This document shows positions 30,235 through 40,878 of a stretch of DNA of 64,000 bases, piece by piece. The stretch's first letter is position 1. Each line of letters opens with the position of its first letter. The notes beneath the pieces are model-generated. The model saw only the letters and a list, made by a program, of their open reading frames with translations, was not told the origin of the DNA and did not search any database. Source of the stretch: a bacterium (GTDB lineage: Bacteria > Electryoneota > Electryoneia > Electryoneales > Electryoneaceae); contig OY769902.1 in NCBI GenBank assembly GCA_963669175.1, positions 320,001 through 384,000 on the forward strand, written 5' to 3'. Both the position numbers and the translations under genes were made by a program.

Positions 30235-32376
30235 ATGCGAAAAACTCATATCGCTATATGTTTTGTAATCCTCTTTGGAAGTGTCGCTTTCTCCCAGGAG
30301 CAGGATACACTTTGGTCTCAAATCTGGGGAGTAGGGTTCTGCGATCATGCTAATGATGTTGACCAGACAATGGATGGAGGATTTATTGCATTTGGAAGCC
30401 ATTATAATGATCGGGAGGGTGTAATCGTCAAGTTTGACAGCCTTGGCGAAGCGGAATGGTATCAGGATTTTGTTGCCGGCACCGGTAACTGTGGCTTTCA
30501 ATCCGGTCAACAAACTTCCGACGGAGGCTTTATTTGTGCAGGAAGCATCTACGATCAAATATTATATTACGATTTCTGGCTGGTAAAAACAGATGATGAA
30601 GGCGTTCTGGAATGGGAACAAACTTATGGCACTAACACCAGTGAAGAGTGCAATTGTGTACAACAAACCACTGATGGTGGTTATGTCCTTGCGGGATACG
30701 TGGGATCGGCACATTCAGATTGGTGGCTGATAAAAACAGATGAAGACGGCGAAATAGAATGGGACCAGACATATGGAAACGAATCCACTGATAAGTCTTA
30801 TAGCGTCAAACAAACGAATGATGGCGGTTACATTCTTACAGGTTTTTCCTATATCACCGACGAATCTAATTGTAATCTCTGGCTGTTAAAAACGGATTCC
30901 GAGGGAAATCAGGAGTGGTTGAGTGAATTCGGGATATCTGCTGATGATGCTAATGATTATGGATACGATGTTATTCAGACCTCTGATGGAGGATATGCGG
31001 TTATTGGTGAAACCCGATCGTATGGCGCAGGCGGTAGTGATGCCTGGTTAATTAAAACAGATGAAGACGGCTTAGAGGAATGGAATCAGACATATGGTGG
31101 TGAAAGGACCGAAAGTGGGAATTCACTTCAACAAACATTAGATGGTGGTTTCATCATTGCCGGAGATGGGATGCCAGCCGATATCGGTGGCAGCGATTTC
31201 TGCGTCATTAAAACCAATATGGAAGGTGAAGAAGAATGGAGTCATTCTTACGGCGCAGGGCAAATTGAACGAGCACTTAGTGTTGAGCTTACCACCGATG
31301 GCGGATTTATCGTTTCCGGTTTTACCAATAGTTTTGGAGTTAATGGAAGTGATATGTGGTTGTTTCGTTATGAAGGATTGCTTTCGCCCACTCCTTTTCA
31401 TTTGCTGACTCCAACAGATGCTGAATGGCTAACGATTAATGATACTACTGAAATTCCGTTTTCCTGGGGAATTTCCTCAAGCCTGAACCCTGATGAAACT
31501 GTTGCATTTGATCTCCATATTCATGCTGGATATGGCGACATCGACAGTCTGACTTCTATCAGGGATATCGTGGAAACTGATACAGCCCTTACGGTGCAAC
31601 AGCTTCTTGGTTTGGAATACTGGGATTCGGCTATTAATTGTTCATGGTATGTTGAAGCGATTGCCGGGATGGATACAACTTCATCCATGGATACGTTCAG
31701 TTTCCGCATCATGCCTCACATTTTTGATTATCCGCCATCCGAGTTTACGCTGCTTTCCCCTGAAGATGACGCTTTGATTGAGGTTGACGAATCATTAGTC
31801 ATCGATTTCGCATGGCAGTCCTCAACAGATCCCAATCCGGACGACACAGTTGTATACGATGTCATCATTCACGGTTTAGGCAGTGGTATTGACAGCACAA
31901 CTTACCTTGAGGCTCAAACTGATACTACTCTATCACTTACGGTTACTGAACTCATGGGATTAATCAACTGGGAAACCACACTTGCTTTTGACTGGTCAGT
32001 TACGGCTGTTTCCAGTGAACTTTCGACCGCATGTACAGAAGATTTCACATTTAACATTGAAGCGCATAGTACTGTTGGTAACAATGCAACGGATGAACTG
32101 CCAACAGAGTTTGCAATAACCTCTATCTTCCCGAATCCGTTCAACCCGGAGACGGAAATCCGGTTCTCGCTGCCCGAACGTGCCACGGTTCACCTGGCGG
32201 TTTTCGATATCACCGGACGTGAAGTGGCAAACCTGGCAAACCAGCCTTTCCAAGCCGGACAACATGCCCTGCACTGGAATGCTGCAGACCAGGCCAGCGG
32301 TGTGTACTTCCTGCGTATGACTGCGACCGGGAATACACCGTTTGAAGCGACACGAAAGATGATGCTGGTGAAGTAG
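30235..32376 (+). CDS. Secreted beta-propeller repeat protein (QTxDGG...WLxKTD repeats) with C-terminal sorting-type domain
   Basis: Start MRKTHIA after GGAG; about 7 repeats of QQTxDGGY...WLIKTDEDG..EWxQTYG; two Ig-like linker domains; PNPFN tail. Confidence 0.85.
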   Translation: MRKTHIAICFVILFGSVAFSQEQDTLWSQIWGVGFCDHANDVDQTMDGGFIAFGSHYNDREGVIVKFDSLGEAEWYQDFVAGTGNCGFQSGQQTSDGGFICAGSIYDQILYYDFWLVKTDDEGVLEWEQTYGTNTSEECNCVQQTTDGGYVLAGYVGSAHSDWWLIKTDEDGEIEWDQTYGNESTDKSYSVKQTNDGGYILTGFSYITDESNCNLWLLKTDSEGNQEWLSEFGISADDANDYGYDVIQTSDGGYAVIGETRSYGAGGSDAWLIKTDEDGLEEWNQTYGGERTESGNSLQQTLDGGFIIAGDGMPADIGGSDFCVIKTNMEGEEEWSHSYGAGQIERALSVELTTDGGFIVSGFTNSFGVNGSDMWLFRYEGLLSPTPFHLLTPTDAEWLTINDTTEIPFSWGISSSLNPDETVAFDLHIHAGYGDIDSLTSIRDIVETDTALTVQQLLGLEYWDSAINCSWYVEAIAGMDTTSSMDTFSFRIMPHIFDYPPSEFTLLSPEDDALIEVDESLVIDFAWQSSTDPNPDDTVVYDVIIHGLGSGIDSTTYLEAQTDTTLSLTVTELMGLINWETTLAFDWSVTAVSSELSTACTEDFTFNIEAHSTVGNNATDELPTEFAITSIFPNPFNPETEIRFSLPERATVHLAVFDITGREVANLANQPFQAGQHALHWNAADQASGVYFLRMTATGNTPFEATRKMMLVK

Positions 32377-32484
32377 CCGTCATTGCCATACAAACCCGAC
32401 AGCAAGCAGTCGGGCCACACGACGTAAAACAAAAACGGGGACTGTCCTACATGGACAGTCCCCGATTATCTTGTACGAAAACGT

Positions 32485-33756
32485 TTATTTAATAAACGAC
32501 ATCTGCTTGATCTGCTGCTGGCCACTGGCCTTCAGGACGTAAAAGTAGGTGCCGGAAGACAACTCGCTGGCATTGAATTCAATGCTGTGGTTGCCGGATG
32601 ACTGGAAACCATTGACCAACTGGCCTACTACTTCACCGTTCACGTTAAACACAGTAAGGTTAACCAGACCCGCTTCGGGGATGGTGTAGCTGATGTTCGT
32701 GGTCGGGTTGAACGGATTCGGGAAGTTCTGGGCCAGGCTCAACTCGGTGGGCAGTGCGCTTAAGACGACATCGCCACTGCCTTCAGAATTCCGGCCACGA
32801 CCGTTGCCGCCTTTGCCTCCACCGGTAAAGCTGACGAAGTCTGAGCCTTCAATTTCGTACTCACCATCATTGGCGGTACCGGTAAGCCAGTACTCGGTCT
32901 CACTCAAATCGAAACCGATGTCCTGAGTCGGGAAATGAAGCATCAGGTCCACATCGCCGTCGTTGTCGACATCTTCGAAGTGACCGTCATGCGCTGTGCT
33001 GGCGCCATTTGGACCAAAGGACAGGGAAGCCACATCAATCGTGGTAGCATCAAACTCATCCGTAGTCAGGACAGCCACCGGAACAACACCGTTGTTGTTC
33101 GGATTCACACGATTGTTGTCGCTGTCCGGCTTGATGTCTACGAGGACCGAAGTCGGACCGGATTCGATCTCATCCGCTTCTTCCGGGGTGTAGATCGGAT
33201 CACTCAGATCTTCGGCCGAGGTCATGGTGACATCAATGCGGTAGTTCATACCCACAATGCCACCCCAGTCAATCAGGTGCAGACGAATTTCATTTACACC
33301 CGGCACTAACGCTTCTGCGATGACAGCATCACCGGCTGCGTAAGTAAAAGTACCCTCAACATGGGTAATGTAGGTATCATTGACCCAGACGTCGGCAGCA
33401 TTGTCAGCCTTGATTACAAAAACCATGGAAGGATCCGTGAAGTCTTCCGGTACGTAAAAACGGATTCGGAAGTCATGCTCACCATTGATACCAACCGCAT
33501 TGTTTGGATCAATGCTGATCCAGGAATTTGTACCGGAAGCGAAACCCCAGGGATGCCAACCGGTCAGGTAGGCTTCATGCCAGGTAACTCCGCCATCCGA
33601 CGAACAATCAGTGTAAGGATCCACATCACCAACACTACCATTGGCACCCAGAATAGTAAATGTCTGCTCTTTTGGCTGAGCAAAAACCATGGACGATACT
33701 ACCAAAAGCGCTGCAATACTCATCAGCAAACGTGAACCACTTTCCCTCTTACCCAT
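32485..33756 (-). CDS. Secreted protein with lectin/beta-sandwich-like N-terminal domain and C-terminal sorting-type domain
   Basis: Signal peptide; KADNAADVWVND; DIKP...DVDNDGDVDLMLHF; QNFPNPFNPTT...SSGTYFY. Confidence 0.8.
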   Translation of the reverse strand: MGKRESGSRLLMSIAALLVVSSMVFAQPKEQTFTILGANGSVGDVDPYTDCSSDGGVTWHEAYLTGWHPWGFASGTNSWISIDPNNAVGINGEHDFRIRFYVPEDFTDPSMVFVIKADNAADVWVNDTYITHVEGTFTYAAGDAVIAEALVPGVNEIRLHLIDWGGIVGMNYRIDVTMTSAEDLSDPIYTPEEADEIESGPTSVLVDIKPDSDNNRVNPNNNGVVPVAVLTTDEFDATTIDVASLSFGPNGASTAHDGHFEDVDNDGDVDLMLHFPTQDIGFDLSETEYWLTGTANDGEYEIEGSDFVSFTGGGKGGNGRGRNSEGSGDVVLSALPTELSLAQNFPNPFNPTTNISYTIPEAGLVNLTVFNVNGEVVGQLVNGFQSSGNHSIEFNASELSSGTYFYVLKASGQQQIKQMSFIK

Positions 33757-34029
33757 CTCCGACCTCCAAAAAATGTGAACTGTTGCGGCAAAACATACTT
33801 GTAGACTTATTAATCAACATTAGCAATAATTAGGATTGCCAAACTCTGGGAGTAAGGCTACTCTAACTCGCTGTATTAGACCATGATCACTGATAGAGAT
33901 GGAGGGCGTGAGTGGAGGGCTGTACTCTCTATGAGAATGGGAGTTCTTCTATCTTGCACCTTTTTCTTGACACAGAAACTGAACATATGTACATTTATCA
34001 TTACTACGATATAATAGGTGGGAGGCACC

Positions 34030-34512
34030 ATGCCGGTACAAGAATTCCTTCTGGAGGTTCACGAACGTGTTCAACATAGCTTCACCAAACTGCTTGAACA
34101 TTGCGCGTCTTTGACCGAAGAAGAGCTGAATCGTGAAATCGAGGGCTTTGGTTACCCTACGGTCCGTTTGCAACTTCATCACGTGATCGGCGCCCAGAAA
34201 TACTGGATCGGGGTGCTGGAAGGACGGATTGACGCGGACGAGGACGACCCCCTCTACCCCACAGTTGCATCGTTACAGCAATACCGTGAGCAAATCGACA
34301 CCTTGGCAACGCATTACCTGGAACATGTGTCCGACGACGAACTCGTAACCGCTCGTACCATGATGACCTGGGGGAACCATGAGAAGCTGCTAACGCCCGC
34401 GCACGTCTTTATGCGCACCTGTACCCATATTTATCACCACCAGGGCCAGGTACTCGCCATGTGCCGTCTTTTGGGAAAACCACAGAGCGGGCTGGAATAT
34501 CCGCTTGACTAG
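34030..34512 (+). CDS. DinB/YfiT-like family protein
   Basis: TVRLQLHHVIGA and HIYHHQGQV His motifs; ATG after GGAGG. Confidence 0.85.
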   Translation: MPVQEFLLEVHERVQHSFTKLLEHCASLTEEELNREIEGFGYPTVRLQLHHVIGAQKYWIGVLEGRIDADEDDPLYPTVASLQQYREQIDTLATHYLEHVSDDELVTARTMMTWGNHEKLLTPAHVFMRTCTHIYHHQGQVLAMCRLLGKPQSGLEYPLD

Positions 34513-34799
34513 CCCGAATATTTCACGAATAATAACGGGTAACCAATATAACATTTTTAATATCAATATAATATAAAATCGTTTTCTGAATAGTTCAGGG
34601 TACAGTTTACTCCAGCTCTATAAATAAACCTTAGGCAACCCGCTGCCGGGGTTGTGCATAAGGAAGACGCACTTTTCCCACCGTGAGCGCCAAACAGACG
34701 GCGCCGGACGGTGGGCTAATACAGGAAACCACTGCCGTGGTTTTCTTGATCGTCCCATCTGTAATCGCAAATCAGAACACCGCTCGTGAAATATCCGGG
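34513..34799. mobile_element. MITE-like element, family B, copy 2 (287 bp)
   Basis: TIRs CCCGAATATTTCACGA / TCGTGAAATATCCGGG; CTAG duplicated at 34509-34512 (includes the DinB stop codon) and 34800-34803. Confidence 0.85.
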
Positions 34800-34828
34800 C
34801 TAGCGGACCGATTCACATTGTAGCGCTG

Positions 34829-35908
34829 TCACCCCTGCTTGAATTTTAGCCCGAACAAGGGTCGAATCCACGGCATTCTGCGTACGGTCTCGTAGAATGC
34901 CAGGCTCCCGCCGAAGATACCCACCAGCAGGATGCTCAGTTTTGCGTAGGGCGAAATTTCCAGGGGAATCACGACATACGAGATCGCGTACTGGATGGGA
35001 AAATGAACGATGTACATGGGATAAACCGCACGACTCAAGTAGGTCAGCAGCCGTGAGGGGGAGTTCAGGTACTTCGCGCTGTATCCAAAAACAGCCAGCA
35101 TCCAGCAGAAGGATTCGAACGCGATAAGGAACCTGGGCGCACCGGATATGTCAAACACCAGCCACCGTACAAGAAACAACGTTACTCCCATGCCCAGGTT
35201 CAGCAGTCGTAGCCTTTGGATCGCATTCCAGAAAGCACCTTGCAGGTTCACGAAAAGCAGGCCGAGCACAAAGCACAGCGCTCCGTAAATGTGACCATGA
35301 AGCGAGGTATAGCTGACAAACTCCCTTGGATTTACCAGAACAGTCTCGAGAACCAGGGGGATGGACGCGGCATAGATCATCCAGGGACGGCGCAAAGCAT
35401 TTTTACAAACCTTAATCACCGGGTTGTCCGGGTATTCGCTGAAGGTCCACAGGATGCCGATCGTGTACAGTATGTACAACATAATGTTCATCAAGAACCA
35501 CAAATGCCCTTCATTCGGGTAATAGCCGTTCTCGAGCTTGTAGTAGGCGTGGTAACTGTAGACGGTCGCAGGACAAATCAGGAAAAAGCCGACCAGGTAG
35601 GGAATACCGATCCGAACGCCACGATCCAGCAGAAACTGTTTCCAGTTTCGGTGTTTCATGGCGAAACTGGCGCCCATTCCGGAAATCATGAAGAGGATGG
35701 GGATGCGCCAGACGTTGATCGCGGCCATGGGAATCCACAACCATTCGAGCAGATCAGCATTCTTGATGAAATGAATATTGTTCGCCCACGGCTGAAAACT
35801 GATGATAATGTGATAGATAATCAGCAACCCCAGGGCGAACGTCCGTGTCCAGTCAACATCATAGCGACGTTCCGAAGAGGTAGACGTGATGCTTTCACTG
35901 TTCGACAT
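34829..35908 (-). CDS. Acyltransferase-3 family membrane protein (OpgC/MdoC-like)
   Basis: RRYDVDWTR, WRIPILFMISG, GHLWFL, AVYPMYIVH. Confidence 0.88.
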   Translation of the reverse strand: MSNSESITSTSSERRYDVDWTRTFALGLLIIYHIIISFQPWANNIHFIKNADLLEWLWIPMAAINVWRIPILFMISGMGASFAMKHRNWKQFLLDRGVRIGIPYLVGFFLICPATVYSYHAYYKLENGYYPNEGHLWFLMNIMLYILYTIGILWTFSEYPDNPVIKVCKNALRRPWMIYAASIPLVLETVLVNPREFVSYTSLHGHIYGALCFVLGLLFVNLQGAFWNAIQRLRLLNLGMGVTLFLVRWLVFDISGAPRFLIAFESFCWMLAVFGYSAKYLNSPSRLLTYLSRAVYPMYIVHFPIQYAISYVVIPLEISPYAKLSILLVGIFGGSLAFYETVRRMPWIRPLFGLKFKQG

Positions 35909-36088
35909 CTTTCCTCATCTTGAAAGTCCAACCGGATTCGTACAATTCCCCAACACTCACATACAATTTAATTTGAATCATTTCAATAGGTAAATCAACC
36001 TGTTGAACGTCCCGTCAGTAACCGGATTCTATAACAATTCCTTGAAATCTTGTCCCATTCTGTAATCACCGAGCCGGACCTGTTTCAA

Positions 36089-36391
36089 GTCATCCCCGGC
36101 TTGACCGGGGATCTCGAAGTCATACGCGCTCATCTCCCACCCCATGTCATCCCAGGCTTGAACGGGGATCTCGAGGTCATACGCGCTCATCTCCTCCCAT
36201 GTCATCCCTGAGCATGACCTTTTTATATCATCCCGGCCTGAACGGGGATCTCGAGGTCATACGCGCTCATCTCCTCCCATGTCATCCCTGAGCATGACCT
36301 TATTATGTCATCCCAGGCTTGAACGGGGATCTCGAGGTCTTACGCGCTCATCTCCCACCCCATGTCATCCCTTCCACACGAATGCGGGGAT
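36089..36391 (+). repeat. Tandem array of GTCATCCC-initiated REP-like palindromes
   Basis: Four roughly 55-bp units GTCATCCC(C/A)GGCTTGA(C/A)CGGGGATCTCGAGGTCATACGCGCTCATCTCC..., two shorter GTCATCCCTGAGCATGACC units and a degenerate last unit. Confidence 0.8.
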
Positions 36392-36494
36392 TTACCGGGG
36401 ACTTTTGCGCCGAGGCGTATCTTGAGGTATTACACCACATTCACAACAAGAGAAAAAGGCCACGATTTTCACCGTAACCCTTTGGAAATACTAG

Positions 36495-36579
36495 CGGAGG
36501 ATGAGGGACTCGAACCCCCAAGGGACGTCAGTCCCGGCGGTTTTCAAGACCGCTGCCTTACCAATTAGGCTAATCCTCC
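36495..36579 (-). tRNA. tRNA-Ser (anticodon TGA), CCA not encoded
   Basis: Acceptor GGAGGAT/ATCCTCC-G; anticodon arm GCGGT-CTTGAAA-ACCGC; long variable arm GGGAC-TGAC-GTCCC; GGTTCGAGTCC. Confidence 0.95.
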
Positions 36580-36756
36580 AACTCCGCTATGCAGTATGTC
36601 GTCATTGCGTGCAGGTGTAAGGCTGGGTATCGATAGACCGCGTCAGTCGCCACAATTCCAAGCAACAGCCGTCCCAACCATCCTGCCTGCAATGAAAATC
36701 CCGGTTGCCCGGGAGTCGCCCCGACGGCACTCGTCCGTTGACCGCCGAGTGGAGTA

Positions 36757-36785
36757 AATATAGTGCGTTAAATTCGAGAGATCAA
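36757..36785 (-). promoter_or_regulatory. Putative sigma70 promoter upstream of a structured leader and tRNA-Ser
   Basis: On the minus strand, TTGATC-N17-TATATT. Confidence 0.5.
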
Positions 36786-37067
36786 ATCCCTGTTCTCGCT
36801 CCACGTGCAGGCTCGCACGTAGCGCATTGCTAACGCACCATCAGGTTGAAAACTGCACTATCCCGACTTGCTCTTGGGTTGCATGGGTTTAGAACGACCA
36901 TCATACATTGTCAACGCCTCAAAGACAGAAAGCGCACAACTCGCAAATCGGGCCATACCTTCCACGTGCAGGCTCGCACGCATCTTGGCGAAAGTGGATT
37001 TGATCCTGATGACACCCGGGAGTAAAATCCCGGGCCACCTTCCGCAAGATCCGGAATCGCGGAGTCT

Positions 37068-37772
37068 TTAGAAGTAATAGGAAAGCCCCAGCCTTACCTT
37101 ATACAATCGACAATAGAAGTCCGATGCTTCTATTTCACGTGACCTTTCATATTGATAATCCGTTTCCTCTTTATAGACATCATGATTGCTCTCTGAGCTG
37201 ATGTAGTAAGCACGACCGTAGTATTCGCCAACCACAGCGACACGTTGGAATACCCAATAACGAAGTCCGATCATGCCTTCTGCACCCAGGCTATAGGATT
37301 TATTCTCGTACCAGTCCCCGATATGAGTATCGAATTGTCCGTCCAGAATGTTCTCATCGGTTTGCCTGGAATAACCAAAATAGGGACCGATACCGCCATA
37401 CATCTCAATACGCTCGACTTTCCTGATCGGCCAGATTGTCAACAGGCTCAGGTTAATCTCCAGGTAGTCACTATCCATCTCAGCATCAAGGAAATAGTTC
37501 CCAGCCTGATCAGCCCATTGAGAATAGTCTCCTCTTCCAGTGTACTGGCTGATGGAGAGGTTGGTCCGCAACGACATTTCCCTGAACACCTTGTGCGAAT
37601 AAGCAAAATCCAGATTGGTAAAATTTTCTATCGAAGAAACAAACAGGTACGCGCCACCGGTATAATCGGGTGGTGTATACGCTGCGTTGTCTTCGGCGTA
37701 CAAGGGTAAAATGGTGAAAAGCATGCAAGCTGAAATCAGTACGTATTTGGAAGTATGTAAAATGCTGTTCAT
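37068..37772 (-). CDS. Outer-membrane beta-barrel protein (small, 8-stranded type)
   Basis: Signal peptide, amphipathic strands, C-terminal RLGLSYYF. Confidence 0.75.
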   Translation of the reverse strand: MNSILHTSKYVLISACMLFTILPLYAEDNAAYTPPDYTGGAYLFVSSIENFTNLDFAYSHKVFREMSLRTNLSISQYTGRGDYSQWADQAGNYFLDAEMDSDYLEINLSLLTIWPIRKVERIEMYGGIGPYFGYSRQTDENILDGQFDTHIGDWYENKSYSLGAEGMIGLRYWVFQRVAVVGEYYGRAYYISSESNHDVYKEETDYQYERSREIEASDFYCRLYKVRLGLSYYF

Positions 37773-37832
37773 GATCTGTTCCTTTCAAAACCGATGATGG
37801 TGCGTTAATAGTCTCGAAATAGACAGTCTCTT

Positions 37833-38537
37833 CTAGAGATAAAGCGACATACCTATTCGAAACAGTTTAAATTCAAAATAGTTGCTTTTGTCTTTACCTT
37901 GATATGTGGTAAAATAATTATTTCCTGTAGTTCCATCTTTTTCCTTTACAATTGTTTCACTAATTTGATAATAATCTTGCATGTAGCATTCCGTAACAAC
38001 AGCCACACGTGGTGACAGCCACCATCGGACTCCCCCCATGAGCTCGGCGCCCCACCTGTTCTGCTCGTCTTCTCTGCGTTCCACTTGTGTTTCGCCATTC
38101 ATCATTGACAGAGTCTCATTCGTATAGCTGCTGCTTCCGAATAATGGCCCGAATCCTCCATATACTTCGAACCTGTCCTTCTGCATGAAAGATCGAATGA
38201 ACAGGAAAGAAAAATCATAATGATAATCCCAATTCTTTCTTTCATCCTTATAGAGATCCCAGGTATCATCGCCAATCGGAAGATGTGAATCTTTGTTCTC
38301 ATTGTTGTGAATGTACAGGTCCATGTTTACCCTTAAATCTAATCCCCACCAGATTTTAGATCCACATGCGAAGCTAATGCTTGAATAATCCGTAAGGGAA
38401 TGAGTGAAAAAATACACACTTTGCTTATACTTCGCCGGTTTAAACCCTGTGGATTCTTCGGCGAATAAGGGAGTAGAAACAAGGAGGATCGAAAGGCTTA
38501 ACAGGAGGAATAAAAGCAACACATTTTTCTTGATCAT
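37833..38537 (-). CDS. Outer-membrane beta-barrel protein, tandem paralog
   Basis: Same length (234 aa); shared YGGxGPxFG and RVAVVxE; ends RIGMSLYL. Confidence 0.75.
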   Translation of the reverse strand: MIKKNVLLLFLLLSLSILLVSTPLFAEESTGFKPAKYKQSVYFFTHSLTDYSSISFACGSKIWWGLDLRVNMDLYIHNNENKDSHLPIGDDTWDLYKDERKNWDYHYDFSFLFIRSFMQKDRFEVYGGFGPLFGSSSYTNETLSMMNGETQVERREDEQNRWGAELMGGVRWWLSPRVAVVTECYMQDYYQISETIVKEKDGTTGNNYFTTYQGKDKSNYFEFKLFRIGMSLYL

Positions 38538-38814
38538 GACACGTCCTTTCTCTGACCAGGCAGGCTTCCGTGTTTCAGGGCGGTCTCTGCGGTTGAAGGC
38601 GCTAACATCCGCGATCAGACCACGCGTCTGTACTTCATTTCAAATTCCAAAATAGCACGTTTCTTTCCGAAAACAAACCCGCAAGCCTTTTCCCACAACA
38701 AAAATCCCCGTTTACCTGTCACACGATTTTGAACGGCTGCTCGAGAATCTCAAACAGCCATCAATTCCTGCGACAAGCAAACGGGGACATAAGTAACCGT
38801 TGCCTTCTGACATA

Positions 38815-40878
38815 CTATTTCATAAGGATCATCTTTCTGGTCGCCTCATGCGTGACCTTGTCTCCAAGGGCAGTCAGACGATAGAAATAGACGCCGCTGG
38901 CCAGGTGATCCGCCTGCCAGGCGATATTATGAGCGCCTGCAGCGTATTGACCTTCGGCCAGACGCGCCACTTCACGTCCCAGCATGTCAAACACAGTCAA
39001 CTCCACCATCGCCGCTTCCGGAAGACTGAACCGGATGTCTGTGGACGGGTTGAACGGGTTGGGGTGATTCTGCGCCAAGGCGAATTCCTGCGGCAGAATG
39101 TCGCTGCCAAAGCCATCAATAACACCGTTGTATTGGAAATCAGCCATCCAGACCATGATGTTCAGCATCAGGGCCGCACGATGTTCCTGGGTATCAATGG
39201 TTTCAAATGGGAATCCGAACAGCAGAGTACGGTAATTATCAGACATATTCCGTACCGCTGCCCCTAACTGGGTGCCGCCAAACTTGATACAGGTCGTACC
39301 TGCGTTACCCGCAACACTTACCGGGTTACGGTAGTTGTTGGCGCCATCACCACCATACAGGTTGACTTCAATGCCGTCCCCGATCGGGTCATCATCATAC
39401 CCCTGAATGGTGTAGAAATCACCGGCAGAACCAACATAAGTCCCCATCAGTGTTTCAAGCGTTGTACCCGCAACATAGTTCGGGGCATCCACACCGCTGA
39501 GGAACAAGTTGCCACCATTGTTGACATAAGCAGTCAAGCCAGCGATTTCAGACTCGGTCAACACACCAAAGTCGCCAAGGTACCACATCACCAGGCGCGG
39601 ATTTGCACTGGTCAGTTCTTCAAAAACCAGTGGGTAGCTCTCGTTCGGCCATACACCGAAAGTGACCTGCTCGTCCGAGTCCGTTTCGCCCAGCGCGTTT
39701 ACGGCATTGATGGCATCTGCGAAATAGTTGCCATACGCCCCGTTCGGATCACTGTTCACCACCAGCATTTCACCGGACGATTGCAGGAAGAAAGTAAACT
39801 CGGTAAAGTTGGCCGGTTGGTTCTGTGACGTGATCAGGAAGGTCAGCTCGAACGATTCGCCTGGGGTCGCACTTGGTGTCAGCGAGATAACCGCATCATG
39901 ATGCGAATCTGAAACCAGGGAAAGAGTAGCATCATCGGAATGATCGCCATCCGGGAGAGAATAGCTGAACCCCCAACCTTCCGGCACATCTTCTGCGTTG
40001 ACATCTATATCATAGCTGTCATCAGCAAGTCCGAGGTTGAAAATTCCCACGTCAAAGGTCGCAGTGACTTCTGTCGAACCCAGGTGATAAAACTCTTCGC
40101 AAGCGCCAAAGAACAGATAATCCGGGTACCCTTCCGGTGTTAGGCTACTGGAACGCGCCTGGAGGACTTCGCCGGTTTCATCGTCCTGTACAAACACCAC
40201 CAGCGTAACATCATCTTCACCCAGCTCCTCGCCTAACAGATCAACCGGCCAGTTGAATGTCGCTGAGTATTCTGCCGTTGTATAGGCGTCACAGGTGAAA
40301 TCCTGGCCATTGCCGTTGGGCCGCATCGCCAGCAGGTCATGTTCGAATTCGTCCTGCTCGTTGGATGCATCCCACTCCGCATAATTGGAAGTCAAGGCAA
40401 AATGGATGGTATGACCGCTTTCAATAGCAGAGCCTGCATTGAGGACTGTTGCTGTCACATCCATCGTGCTTTCTTCCATCTCAACGGCAAGGAAGATTTC
40501 TATGGGCGTTGGAATGTTCCTGCGTTCCGTTACAGGAGAAGAAATGTTAGCGCTGTTGATCGGCCAGATATCATACAGGCCGTCAATCAAGAGAGCTGGA
40601 ATGCCGGTTACACCGTAAAAATTCGCACGGGTATTTGCTGCCGATCCGGACGCCTGGTACCAGGGATCACCTGCCCCATTGTCATTCAGATGGTAGACAA
40701 TGGTAGCAACCACATCAGGATTGTTTTCAGCATAAGTCATCACCGCCTGCCCCGCAGACGGACAAGTGGGTCACCACTCTGTCTGGAATTCTTCCAGTAG
40801 AACTCGACGCTGGAAAGCATGGGACGAGCCTGCCAGCAGGCCGATAAGTACTACACCGGTGAACAAACGTCGAAACAT
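38815..40878 (-). CDS. Candidate secreted selenoprotein, paralog of 27956..29995 (687 aa with UGA readthrough)
   Basis: GAGGGAGG RBS, ATG 40878, MFRRLFTGVVLIGLLAGSSHA-FQRRVLLEEFQTEW*PTCP; TGA at 40773-40771 is in frame with the 38815..40743 ORF. Confidence 0.87.
40743..40761 (-). promoter_or_regulatory. SECIS-like hairpin
   Basis: Minus strand CCGTCTGC-GGG-GCAGGCGG (8 bp, one G-U pair); 17 nt separate the TGA from the loop. Confidence 0.7.

Noticed and set aside
29750-32376. Duplicated C-terminal region as a diversity-generating retroelement TR/VR pair
   Set aside because: Both copies are coding, the differences are mostly synonymous and not adenine-specific, and no reverse transcriptase is in the window.
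36089-36391. Possible CRISPR array
   Set aside because: The sequences between repeats are near-identical rather than unique spacers, and there are no cas genes.
36495-36579. tRNA lying between the two UGA-containing genes as a possible tRNA-Sec or UGA suppressor
   Set aside because: The anticodon is TGA (reads UCA, Ser), not TCA, and the acceptor stem is a normal 7 bp. No selA/B/C/D gene is visible in the window.
36800-36980. 20-bp direct repeat TCCACGTGCAGGCTCGCACG (36800, 36961) as att sites of an island
   Set aside because: It does not match the tRNA 3' end, the copies are only 161 bp apart, and there is no integrase.
27956-40878. Genome-wide UGA reassignment (code 4 or 25) as the explanation for the in-frame TGAs
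   Set aside because: TGA ends several full-length conserved genes here (speE 14083, the ligase 19070, ccoNO 59999, ccoQ, ccoS), and Trp is encoded by TGG, including the codon just before the UGA in paralog 2.
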